Below are positions 15,029-24,015 of a stretch of DNA of 64,000 bases, in pieces. Source of the stretch: a virus; IMG/VR virus record IMGVR_UViG_3300045988_130750, positions 64,001 to 128,000 of that record; one strand, given 5' to 3'. A program made the translations under genes and the position numbers. The notes under the pieces were generated by a model. That model worked only from the letters and a program-made list of their open reading frames with translations. It was not told the origin of the DNA and ran no database searches. Each line of letters begins with the position of its first letter. Position 1 is the first letter of the stretch.

Positions 15029-17125
15029 GTGAACAAAATAGAACTTAACAAAGAACAACTCGCCATAATTGATGAGTATTGTTGCGATGGGATGAAGAAA
15101 CTAAAGAAGTTGTGCGATCCAATTATTATGAAAATTGGTGGGATTAGTGAAAAGGATCACGATGATATTTACAGTTTGGCGCAGTTTCTTCTATATAAAA
15201 GTGTGAAGAATTATGACAAGGATAATGCAAATGGAGCTTCATTTAAGACATTTCTTTACAATATTCTTAGTCGAAGAATTTATGCTACTTATATCAGAGA
15301 TAAGAACCGTCAGTGCCGAAGCAACACGAGAATCGGTAAGAATGGAGAAGTGATATTCATTCCAGATGTTTCGCTTGATGCAGCTACAGAAGAAACACAA
15401 GATATTAAAGAAAAAATTGCATCAGATTATAACGTAGAGGATGCGAGTGAATTTGATTTTACGGTTGATGAGAATGTTGAGAATTTTATGTCGTCATTAA
15501 GTAATATTCAAAGAAAAATACTTGAAATGAAAATGAAAGAAATCCCAACTGATAAGATTAGGTCAGAATTAGGGATTTCAGCAGCTAGGTATGCAAAAGA
15601 AATGGAATCTATCAAACTTAATGAAGGACTGTTAGTGTTTACGAAGAATAGAAAAGAATTTATCGAGGAGGATATGCATATGGAAGAAAGAGTAATGGGA
15701 ATTAGCGAGTCTGAAGGATATAGAATGGATAAGTATTCTATGTTTTCTTTACTTGATATGAAGAAAACAGGTGATATTAACTGTAAGTATATCTTACAGA
15801 GAAAGCCTTTTCAGTGGAGTAACGAGGAGAGAAACAGATATATTTGCAGAATTCTTTCTAATCTTCCAATTCCAGAGATTATTCTTTGTGAACAAAATGT
15901 AAAAGGCATGACGATTTCTCATTTGATTGATGGATTACAACGTTTGTCATATGCTGAAGCATTTAAAGAGAATCATTTCAAGGTTGGAGAGACAGGAGCT
16001 GAGAGGCATTTAATTCAGTATAGAGAGTACATTCATGATGAGAACGGAAATAGAGTTCTTGATGAAGATGGTATCCCAGAATTTGAATTAAAGGTGTGTG
16101 ATATTGTTGGAAAATCATATAAGGATTTGCCTGATGAATTGAAAAAGAGATTTAATAATTTCAATATCAATGTTACAAAATTTTTTAACTGTACAAATGA
16201 ACAGATTGCCGACCATATTCGAGATTACAACAATCACTCAGCTATGAATAATGAACAGTCTGGAATTGTATCAATCTCAACCGATACTGCAAGAAAGATC
16301 AAGACAATCACTGAGAAGTGTGGATTTTTAAAGAATTGTGGTAAATACACCACTACAAACAGGATCAAAGGTAAACTTGATAGAATGGTTGCAGAGATGA
16401 TTATGTTGCTTTTCCATCCGAATGATTGGAAATCTAATGTAAAAGCTACATATAAATATCTTGACGAAAATGCAAAGCAAGAAGAATTCGATACATTATC
16501 TTCTGAATTGGATATGCTTGAATCAGTGATTGAGAATGCTGGCGATGATATCAATGCAATGTTCACTACTACATATACTCCAATGTGGGTTGCAGTATTT
16601 CATAATTTCCTTACAAGCGGTAAAGATTTACATAATTTTGTTGATTTCTTAAATGCATATAATAGTGAACTTAAAGATACAGAAGTTAATGGTGTTTCAA
16701 TGGCAGATTTTAAGGATCAGCAGTCGAAGAAAAAGGCAACTATTACAGGTAAGGTTGATTTGCTTATTCAGCTTATGAATGACTATTTACATATTAATAC
16801 AACCGAAACAGAGAATGATAATACTGAACTTTCAGATGATACAATTCTTAATTTTGTGAAAGAAAATTATAAACCAGATGCAAATGAAGATGATATTAGT
16901 TTTTATTCTGATTTAGTTGATGATTGTGTAAAAATTGATGAACCTGTATATAAAGAATGCCATGCAGCATTAATTACTCTTATGGCATATGCTTGTTCAC
17001 AAGACAAAGATCAAGATTTTGAAAAATGGATTGATAATTACAAAACTAAGTCTGATTTTAGCCCATCGCAAAAGACCAATTTTACATATATGAAGAGAAG
17101 TTTTGATAATTATCTAAATGTATAA
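15029..17125 (+). CDS. sigma-70-family-like N-terminal region fused to a DUF262 (ParB/GmrSD-type) domain
   Basis: N-terminus: FKTFLYNILSRRIYATYIRDKNR (region 2-like) and LSNIQRKILEMKMKEIPTDKIRSELGISAARYAKEMESI (region 4 HTH-like). From about aa 250: LQRKPFQWSNEERNRYICRILSNLPIPEIIL...ISHLIDGLQRLS, the DUF262 signature. Start is GTG 15029 after AAGGTGG. Confidence 0.6.
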   Translation: MNKIELNKEQLAIIDEYCCDGMKKLKKLCDPIIMKIGGISEKDHDDIYSLAQFLLYKSVKNYDKDNANGASFKTFLYNILSRRIYATYIRDKNRQCRSNTRIGKNGEVIFIPDVSLDAATEETQDIKEKIASDYNVEDASEFDFTVDENVENFMSSLSNIQRKILEMKMKEIPTDKIRSELGISAARYAKEMESIKLNEGLLVFTKNRKEFIEEDMHMEERVMGISESEGYRMDKYSMFSLLDMKKTGDINCKYILQRKPFQWSNEERNRYICRILSNLPIPEIILCEQNVKGMTISHLIDGLQRLSYAEAFKENHFKVGETGAERHLIQYREYIHDENGNRVLDEDGIPEFELKVCDIVGKSYKDLPDELKKRFNNFNINVTKFFNCTNEQIADHIRDYNNHSAMNNEQSGIVSISTDTARKIKTITEKCGFLKNCGKYTTTNRIKGKLDRMVAEMIMLLFHPNDWKSNVKATYKYLDENAKQEEFDTLSSELDMLESVIENAGDDINAMFTTTYTPMWVAVFHNFLTSGKDLHNFVDFLNAYNSELKDTEVNGVSMADFKDQQSKKKATITGKVDLLIQLMNDYLHINTTETENDNTELSDDTILNFVKENYKPDANEDDISFYSDLVDDCVKIDEPVYKECHAALITLMAYACSQDKDQDFEKWIDNYKTKSDFSPSQKTNFTYMKRSFDNYLNV

Positions 17126-17249
17126 CAGAGAATAATTAAGTAAGAAACAGAAATTAGAAATCATCTTAGGACAATCCTCCGATTACATATGTCACTTCTG
17201 ACAATTCTTAAATGTTATTTTTGAAAGTATAATTTCTGTTTATATATAA

Positions 17250-17322
17250 AGCGGATTAGTGTAATGGTTTAGCAAGCAGAGCTTTGACCTCTGAGGTAAG
17301 AGTTCGATTCTCTTATCCGCTG
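17250..17322 (+). tRNA. tRNA-Gln (anticodon TTG), second and sequence-distinct copy
   Basis: Acceptor AGCGGAT/ATCCGCT, anticodon stem CAGAG/CTCTG with loop CTTTGAC, T arm AAGAG-TTCGATT-CTCTT, discriminator G. The D stem has only 3 bp. Confidence 0.7.
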
Positions 17323-17326
17323 TTAT

Positions 17327-17399
17327 GGATCATTAGCTCAGTGGTTAGAGCAGTCGGCTCATAACCGAAAGGTCATAGGTTCGAGTCCTATATGATCCA
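17327..17399 (+). tRNA. tRNA with CAT anticodon (Met or Ile2)
   Basis: Acceptor GGATCAT/ATGATCC, D arm GCTC-AGTGGTTA-GAGC, anticodon loop CTCATAA, T arm ATAGG-TTCGAGT-CCTAT. Lies 4 nt after the previous tRNA. Confidence 0.85.
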
Positions 17400-17558
17400 T
17401 TATAAATTAAAGAAAGGAGAAATAATATGTCATATTGGACTTATAACTTCTAAATTAAGAAAATTCATTATTGATGGAGATATTGGAAGTGAAGTAGATA
17501 AACTTGCCAAAATTTTTAGACCTGATTTAGAAGAAGATGAGATTATCACAAAAGAGCG

Positions 17559-17831
17559 TTGGATTTTACTGATGCTGTTGATAGTAGTTATTCAATTGAC
17601 AACGTAATTGAGTTAAAAGAATTATTTGACCTTATTTTGTATGATTCGCATAAATTAGGATATGAAGTATATATCGTGGTTTCTGCGAATGAGTATGAAC
17701 TAGCTGCTGATATGAATTGTTTAGATGTTGCCGAAGGTAAATATGTAACATTTGATGAATATGATAATTTTAAAAAGTTCATTATCAAGAGCAGAGAAAA
17801 GAAAAATAAGAGATATAAAGAAAAAGAATAG
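17559..17831 (+). CDS. hypothetical protein, 5' end unresolved
   Basis: 90-aa ORF with a TTG start and a weak SD. The upstream 130 nt is open in another frame; see the finding on 17400-17831. Confidence 0.45.
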   Translation: MDFTDAVDSSYSIDNVIELKELFDLILYDSHKLGYEVYIVVSANEYELAADMNCLDVAEGKYVTFDEYDNFKKFIIKSREKKNKRYKEKE

Positions 17832-17842
17832 GAGATGTAGAT

Positions 17843-18193
17843 ATGGCAAAATTAGAAGGATTTACAAAAGTAGCAGTCGTTAAATATGGAATGTGTCTAA
17901 CTCCGTATTATTTTGCAATTTATGATGATGGCAATGACTATCAGATTGGAGATATGGTTTTGTTTAGCGATTCATCTAACCCTAATAAAATTAATGAAAT
18001 TATTTCTGTAGAAGAATTTGCAAATAGAACAGGTAGAAATATTACAGCAGAGGTTATTGGAAAAGTAGACATTTCTGCTTATGAAAAGCGTGTTGAGCAG
18101 CGTAAGAAAAAAGAACAATTAAAGAAAGAGCTTCAGAAGGAACTCGATGAGAGTATTGCACAAGTAAGAATGAAACTTATGCGGAGATGTTGA
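17843..18193 (+). CDS. hypothetical protein
   Basis: ATG follows TAGGAGATGTAGAT. Confidence 0.65.
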   Translation: MAKLEGFTKVAVVKYGMCLTPYYFAIYDDGNDYQIGDMVLFSDSSNPNKINEIISVEEFANRTGRNITAEVIGKVDISAYEKRVEQRKKKEQLKKELQKELDESIAQVRMKLMRRC

Positions 18194-18224
18194 AACAGTA
18201 TAAAAGTTTGTAGGAGTTGAAATT

Positions 18225-18500
18225 ATGAATCTTGAAGAAGAAAATATAAAATTAAAAATGGCATTGTTAAATATGATTGAACAGTTTTATGAATGGAAAA
18301 TCACCATAGAAGAAGCAAGAAAATATAATATCAAATGCAATCCAGAAAACGATTATGTTAATTGTTATTTTCATTTATTTGAATCTGCTGGTGAAAAGGC
18401 ATGGCAATTACTTGGGTTAAAAAATCCAATTGTAACTGTAGAAGATTTGTGGAAATTAGAAAAAGAATTAAGAAATAAATATAAGAATTGTAAAGTATGA
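18225..18500 (+). CDS. hypothetical protein
   Basis: ATG follows TAGGAGTTGAAATT. Confidence 0.65.
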   Translation: MNLEEENIKLKMALLNMIEQFYEWKITIEEARKYNIKCNPENDYVNCYFHLFESAGEKAWQLLGLKNPIVTVEDLWKLEKELRNKYKNCKV

Positions 18501-18574
18501 AAACTAAAATAATAGTTAATCATATATAAAATGTAGCTAAAAAGATACAATCATACTAATTTTAAGGAGAAGAT

Positions 18575-18976
18575 ATGAAGTTTAAAGGAATTGAGTTGAA
18601 GAACAATACAGAGGCAGAATTATTTATAGCTATTGAAATTGTTAATATTAATAACGAAGAAGAATTAAAAAAATATGGCAAAAAATTAATGAAAAACATA
18701 TATGATATTCTGAATTATGATAATTGTTATCCTTATATAGAATTTTTAGATTATAATCTTCCGAATGTTCGCTGTGAGGAAATTACATTCGATAAAAAAG
18801 GTGTCGAACTTTTAACAACTATCTATAATGATATTATAGAAGCGAATTTGCAAAATATAAATGTTATGATTGGTGTTCATATTGATGATGGTGAATGGTT
18901 TAAAAGAGAAGATGGTTCTGAATATAATGAAGATGTTGTTACTTTGGAAGAGTTTTTAAATAATATTGAATATTAA
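18575..18976 (+). CDS. hypothetical protein
   Basis: ATG follows TAAGGAGAAGAT. Confidence 0.65.
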   Translation: MKFKGIELKNNTEAELFIAIEIVNINNEEELKKYGKKLMKNIYDILNYDNCYPYIEFLDYNLPNVRCEEITFDKKGVELLTTIYNDIIEANLQNINVMIGVHIDDGEWFKREDGSEYNEDVVTLEEFLNNIEY

Positions 18977-19029
18977 AAATAGCAATCTAATCTTTCTTTT
19001 GGTTATAGAAACAATAAGAAAGGATAAAA

Positions 19030-19182
19030 ATGATGAAAAGAGAATTAGAAGAACTGAATAATAAATATAAAGAAGCATGTATGGAAGATACTAGAAGAGA
19101 ACTGGTTTTAAAGCTAGAGCGATTTATTGACAACGATACCATTCCAGTAATTGGCGATGAGTATATTATGTACTGGAGATAA
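19030..19182 (+). CDS. hypothetical small protein (50 aa)
   Basis: Not in the track. ATG follows AGAAAGGATAAAA. Confidence 0.5.
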   Translation: MMKRELEELNNKYKEACMEDTRRELVLKLERFIDNDTIPVIGDEYIMYWR

Positions 19183-19229
19183 AACAAGAAATGTGGTTTT
19201 CAAGTGAAGTGAAGTTTGGAGGTGAAATC

Positions 19230-19418
19230 GTGAAGAAAGTGTCAGGATATATTAGTGTTAGAGCATTAGGAACTTATAATTATGAATTTTATGTTGATGA
19301 TGATGCAACGGATGAAGAAATCGAACAGAAAGTAGCAGAGTATGAACAGCTTAGTCATTGGCACGATGTAGAAGAAGGATATGAGACTTATACTGAAACG
19401 AGATATAGAAAAAGATGA
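19230..19418 (+). CDS. hypothetical acidic protein
   Basis: Start refined to GTG 19230 after TGGAGGTGAAATC. Confidence 0.55.
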   Translation: MKKVSGYISVRALGTYNYEFYVDDDATDEEIEQKVAEYEQLSHWHDVEEGYETYTETRYRKR

Positions 19419-19448
19419 ATGTTTTGCTTCAAGTGAAAGGAGATAACA

Positions 19449-19592
19449 ATGTATAGAGTCGAATGGTTAGATTTTGACGGAGAAACTAAGACAGCTAGAG
19501 GATTTAAAACAAGTGAAGAAGCACATGAATGGATTAGAACACATCATTTCGATGATTCTGAGTTTCCTATGGTGTTTTATGATGGAAAGTAA
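19449..19592 (+). CDS. hypothetical small protein (47 aa)
   Basis: Not in the track. ATG follows GAAAGGAGATAACA. Confidence 0.55.
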   Translation: MYRVEWLDFDGETKTARGFKTSEEAHEWIRTHHFDDSEFPMVFYDGK

Positions 19593-19635
19593 AAACGAGA
19601 AAAGAAATTTCTCTTTCAAATGGAGGTAAAATGTA

Positions 19636-19836
19636 ATGAAAACAGGAGATACTATAGAACTTATAGAAGATACAAGCTTTTATAAAAAAGGTAGAAAAGC
19701 TCATTTTATAAAAAAATCCGATAGAAACCATAATAATATAGAAATTGTATGGTTTGGAGAAGAACATGCATACAAGGAATTTGGAGATGTAGACGAGTAT
19801 CCAATTAAGTTGTTTAAAAAGGTTGATGCAGAGTAA
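19636..19836 (+). CDS. hypothetical protein
   Basis: ATG follows ATGGAGGTAAAATGTA. TTTC box at 19614-19623. Confidence 0.6.
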   Translation: MKTGDTIELIEDTSFYKKGRKAHFIKKSDRNHNNIEIVWFGEEHAYKEFGDVDEYPIKLFKKVDAE

Positions 19837-19877
19837 TTATTAATGTAGGAAGAAAATTCGGATTCAAATGGAGGTAA

Positions 19878-20162
19878 ATGGTGTATAAAGAATTAAAACA
19901 AAACGAAAACTTTAATGATACATATTCATCATGGATCATTGCTTATTGTTTAGATACTAATTCGTTTTTTATTACAAATCAGAGACATTTCTTTTGGGAA
20001 TATGACACAGAGTTTTTACGAGAAAGAGATGCTATTGATTATTTTAGAAACCATATAGACGAATTTGCACGAATTAGAAAAGATATTCTTGCGAATTCAG
20101 GAGGCTGGAAGTCAAATAGTGATATTTTTTTAGAAAATACACAAGAACGATTTCCAATATAA
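19878..20162 (+). CDS. hypothetical protein
   Basis: ATG follows ATGGAGGTAA. Confidence 0.6.
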   Translation: MVYKELKQNENFNDTYSSWIIAYCLDTNSFFITNQRHFFWEYDTEFLRERDAIDYFRNHIDEFARIRKDILANSGGWKSNSDIFLENTQERFPI

Positions 20163-20207
20163 CAGGAAGAAATTCACGTTTCATAGGAAATTTTGGAGGT
20201 TAAGACA

Positions 20208-21236
20208 ATGACAATTGAGCAAATTAAGGACAAATTAAAATCAAAAGAGTATGACTTCCTGAGAACAGATAAGAATTTGGGTGACAATATCATTATCTTA
20301 ACTCTTGGTGGAAGTCATGCATATGGAACTAATAATGAGGGTAGTGACTTAGATATTCGTGGTTGTGCTTTAAATAGCAAGATGCAAATTCTTACAAACG
20401 AGAATTTTGAGCAGTTTGTAAATAATGAAACAGACACGACTATTTATGCATTTAATAAGTTAGTTGCTTTATTAAGCAATACAAATCCTAACACAATTGA
20501 GATGCTTGGAAATAAGCCAGAACATTATTTCTATGTATCTCCTATTGGTCAGGAACTTATTGACAATGCACATTTATTCTTATCAAAAAGAGCTTGTCAT
20601 TCATTTGGTGGATATGCGAATCAGCAGCTCTATAGATTGAATCAGAAAGCAGCACATCAGATGTCTCAGTCAGAATTGGAGAAACACATTTTAAAGACGC
20701 TTGAATTTATGCAGACAGATTTTACAAAGAAATACACACCATATTCAGATGATTCAATGAAGTTATATATTGATAAGGCTGTACAGGAAGGATATGACAC
20801 AGAGATTTTTATGGATGTGAACCTTACTCATTATCCATTGAGAGATTATTGCTCTATGTGGAATGAACTTCAGAACACAGTTCGTCAGTATGGAAAGATT
20901 GGTAAAAGAAATGAGAAAGCTATTGAGCATGGTAAGATTGCAAAACATTCAATGCATCTCATTCGACTTTATATGATGTGCTTAGATATTCTTGAAAAAG
21001 AGAGAATAATCACATATAGAGAAGATGAACATGATTTGCTTATGGATATTCGTAATGGTAAATATCTCGACAGCAACGATCAGCCAATTCCTGAGTTCTT
21101 TGAAATGGTAAATGACTATGAGAAGAGATTGGATTATGCAAAGAAAAATACTAATCTTCCTGACAATCCAGACTACAAGAAAATCAATGAGTTTGTTGCA
21201 AGTGTAAACGAAAGGGTGGTTAAGGGTGAAATCTAA
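20208..21236 (+). CDS. Pol-beta-superfamily nucleotidyltransferase, RlaP-like (RNA-repair associated)
   Basis: ATG 20208 follows TTGGAGGTTAAGACA. LTLGGSHAYGTNNEGSDLDIRG is the GS...D.D nucleotidyltransferase motif in the context typical of the COG3541 / RlaP family. Confidence 0.6.
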   Translation: MTIEQIKDKLKSKEYDFLRTDKNLGDNIIILTLGGSHAYGTNNEGSDLDIRGCALNSKMQILTNENFEQFVNNETDTTIYAFNKLVALLSNTNPNTIEMLGNKPEHYFYVSPIGQELIDNAHLFLSKRACHSFGGYANQQLYRLNQKAAHQMSQSELEKHILKTLEFMQTDFTKKYTPYSDDSMKLYIDKAVQEGYDTEIFMDVNLTHYPLRDYCSMWNELQNTVRQYGKIGKRNEKAIEHGKIAKHSMHLIRLYMMCLDILEKERIITYREDEHDLLMDIRNGKYLDSNDQPIPEFFEMVNDYEKRLDYAKKNTNLPDNPDYKKINEFVASVNERVVKGEI

Positions 21237-22602
21237 ATTAAAAATTAAAATCCCATCTGGTGCAAATGAGATTATTCATACACTCCAAGATAAAGGATAT
21301 GAAGCATATTTAGTTGGTGGATGTGTTCGTGATAGCATTCTGAAAAGACCAATTCACGATTATGATATTACAACATCTGCTACACCTGATGAGATGATGG
21401 AAGTATTCAAAGGTAAAAGAATTATTGAAACTGGCTTACAGCATGGAACAATAACAATTGTCATTGATGGCGAACCATACGAGGTAACAACTTACAGAAT
21501 TGATGGTAATTATTCTGACAATCGCAGACCAGACAAAGTAACATTTACACGAAGCCTTGAAGAAGATTTAAAGCGTAGAGATTTTACAATCAATGCAATG
21601 GCATACAATGATGAAGTTGGTCTTGTAGATCCGTTTAATGGCATGGAAGATATTAAATACCACAAGATTAGATGTGTTGGCAGAGCAGAAGACAGATTTT
21701 CAGAAGATGCATTAAGAATTTTACGTGCTATTCGATTTGCCTCACAGTTGGGATTTGTCCTTGAACCTGATACAGATTGGAATATCTCTAAAATGTATAA
21801 GAATTTGGAGAATATATCTATTGAAAGGATCAATAGTGAGTTCTGTAAAATTGCTGCATCGAGTGATTTCTGTGTACAAATGGTCTTATATCACGAAGTA
21901 TTCTCATTGTTCATTCCTGAAATTAAAGATATGTTTGGCTTTCAACAGAATAATCCATATCACATGTATGATGTATGGAATCATACAGTACATGCAGTAC
22001 AAGCTTATGAATGTGATTGTGAACCCGACTTGAACCCAAGAGATTTGATTACATCATTGGCTGTATTTTTTCATGATATTGGAAAGCCACATTGTTATCA
22101 AGATGGCGAGGATGGTATTAGACATTTCAAAGGTCACGGAAGAGTAAGTGCTGATATGACTGATACAATTATGAAAAGACTTCGTTTTGATAATGATACA
22201 AGAGAAAAAGTAGTGCAGCTTGTTTATTATTATGATGCAACTTTTGAGGTAGGAAAGAAATATGTCAAGAGATGGCTTAGTAAAATTGGAGAAGAACAGT
22301 TCAGAAGGTTATTAGATGTTCGTAGAGCTGATATTAAAGCACAAGCAGACATTAATCAGGAAACAAGATTACAGAAGATTGATAATATCGAATACATTTT
22401 AGAAGAAGTCTTACAAGATGATGAATGTTTTTCTCTAAAGGATTTAGCAGTTAATGGTAAGGATTTAATTACTATTGGATATAAGCCAGGAAAAGAAATT
22501 GGTGAGGTATTAAATAATCTGTTGGATTCAATCATTAGTGGAGAATATATAAATGAGAAAGAAAAATTATTAGAAATAGCAAAGAGGAGATTATATGGTT
22601 AA
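21226..22602 (+). CDS. cca: CCA-adding tRNA nucleotidyltransferase with HD domain
   Basis: YLVGGCVRDSILKRPIHDYDITT (head motif), RDFTINAMAY, and FFHDIGKP (HD). Overlaps the upstream gene by 11 nt. Confidence 0.85.
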   Translation: MKSKLKIKIPSGANEIIHTLQDKGYEAYLVGGCVRDSILKRPIHDYDITTSATPDEMMEVFKGKRIIETGLQHGTITIVIDGEPYEVTTYRIDGNYSDNRRPDKVTFTRSLEEDLKRRDFTINAMAYNDEVGLVDPFNGMEDIKYHKIRCVGRAEDRFSEDALRILRAIRFASQLGFVLEPDTDWNISKMYKNLENISIERINSEFCKIAASSDFCVQMVLYHEVFSLFIPEIKDMFGFQQNNPYHMYDVWNHTVHAVQAYECDCEPDLNPRDLITSLAVFFHDIGKPHCYQDGEDGIRHFKGHGRVSADMTDTIMKRLRFDNDTREKVVQLVYYYDATFEVGKKYVKRWLSKIGEEQFRRLLDVRRADIKAQADINQETRLQKIDNIEYILEEVLQDDECFSLKDLAVNGKDLITIGYKPGKEIGEVLNNLLDSIISGEYINEKEKLLEIAKRRLYG

Positions 22603-23512
22603 ATTATTCACACACACAGATCTTGATGGTATAGGTTGTGCAGTTTTGGCAAAACTTGCATTTGGTAAAGATGTAGATATTTCATACTGTGATTATGATA
22701 ACATTGATTCAAATGTCAGGGACTTTATTGATAGTGAAACAGAATTTGATATGTGTATTATTACAGATATCAGAGTAAATGAAGATACAGCGAAAATTAT
22801 TGATGACAGATTTGATAATTTCTATTTATTAGATCACCGTCCAATAGCTCTAGGACTTGATAAGTATCTTTGGTGTTCTGTGACTATCGAGTATGAAGAT
22901 AAGGAGCTTGGAGTTATTAAAACCAGTGGAACAGAAATGTTTTATTATTGGTTAATCGAGAATGGTTATTTGAAAGATTCAGATATATTAAGAAGATTTG
23001 CTGAACTTGTGAGAGATTATGACACTTGGAGATGGTCAGAACTTGGTGAAGATGGTGTTATTTGTAAGCAGGTGAACGATTTACTATATCTGTATGGTCG
23101 AGACGATTTTATTCATTGGTGCGTTACCGAGATACGTGGTGAAATATTCCCATTATTATCTGCTAAAGATGAGGTTGTTCTAAAGATTAAGCAGGATGAA
23201 ATTGATAAATATATCGAAGAGAAGAACGAAACTATGTTTACCAGTCCTATGTGTGGTAAGGTTTGTGGTTTTGTATTTGCAGATAGGTTTGTTAGTGAAT
23301 TAGGTAATAGACTTTGTAAAATGCATCCTGAAATTGATTTTGTGGCAATGATTGATATTGATGGTTGTACGGTATCTTATAGAACAGTTAAAGAAGATAT
23401 TGATCTTGGTAAAGACGTAGCAAGTTTATTTGGTGGTGGTCATCCAAAAGCTGCTGGTTCAGAATTTAGTCAGAGTATTAAGTTGAAAGTTATTGAGGAA
23501 ATCTTTAAATAG
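22595..23512 (+). CDS. DHH/DHHA1-family phosphoesterase (NrnA-like)
   Basis: FTHTDLDGIGCAVL, LLDHRP (DHR in place of DHH), and GGGHPKAAG (DHHA1). Overlaps cca by 8 nt. Confidence 0.7.
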   Translation: MVKLFTHTDLDGIGCAVLAKLAFGKDVDISYCDYDNIDSNVRDFIDSETEFDMCIITDIRVNEDTAKIIDDRFDNFYLLDHRPIALGLDKYLWCSVTIEYEDKELGVIKTSGTEMFYYWLIENGYLKDSDILRRFAELVRDYDTWRWSELGEDGVICKQVNDLLYLYGRDDFIHWCVTEIRGEIFPLLSAKDEVVLKIKQDEIDKYIEEKNETMFTSPMCGKVCGFVFADRFVSELGNRLCKMHPEIDFVAMIDIDGCTVSYRTVKEDIDLGKDVASLFGGGHPKAAGSEFSQSIKLKVIEEIFK

Positions 23513-23525
23513 TGAGGTGAAATAA

Positions 23526-23999
23526 ATGTTTTTAAGTGACACAGATAAAACTGGATATCCAGTTGGTACATTTAAACTTGGTCAAAAAATATATCATATT
23601 AAGGACAAGGAACACAGATTTAAATTTCATAAAAAGTGTGAATATTGTGAAAGTACAGGACGTGTATTGATAAAAGGTAAAGAATTTATATGCCCTGCTT
23701 GTAAAGGCGAGTACATATATAAGGAGGTAGTTGAAAAGATTATTGACGATTATAATATAAGAATCGGCAGCATCATTAGTCTTCAAAATAAGAAAAACAC
23801 TTATGAATTTTATGCCACTAGTTCAGATAGTTGTGGTTTACAAATCCAGATATGTGATGATGGTAGTAATACATATTTTGGAACAAAAGAGGAAGCTAAA
23901 GAGGCTTGCGAAAAGTTCAATAAAGAACATAATGTTGATTTATATTTGGAGGAATATAATCGTGCAAGTGTTAGAGAAAACATAAGAGATGGATTCTAA
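23526..23999 (+). CDS. zinc-ribbon protein
   Basis: CEYCESTG...CPACKG. The C-terminal YFGTKEEAKEACEKFNKEHN resembles the C-terminus of 25946..26668. Confidence 0.6.
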   Translation: MFLSDTDKTGYPVGTFKLGQKIYHIKDKEHRFKFHKKCEYCESTGRVLIKGKEFICPACKGEYIYKEVVEKIIDDYNIRIGSIISLQNKKNTYEFYATSSDSCGLQIQICDDGSNTYFGTKEEAKEACEKFNKEHNVDLYLEEYNRASVRENIRDGF

Positions 24000-24015
24000 G
24001 TGAAGGTGAAAGAGT

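Noticed and set aside
17198-17233. Candidate promoter for the tRNA pair (TATAAT at 17228-17233)
   Set aside because: The only TTGACA-like hexamer (CTGACA at 17198) is 24 nt upstream, which is too far, and there is no TG extension. It is not convincing enough to annotate.
17392-17607. Track ORF starting at ATG 17392
   Set aside because: That ATG lies inside the 3' acceptor arm of the CAT-anticodon tRNA (17327-17399) and has no SD, so the annotated start is not credible. See the finding on 17400-17831.
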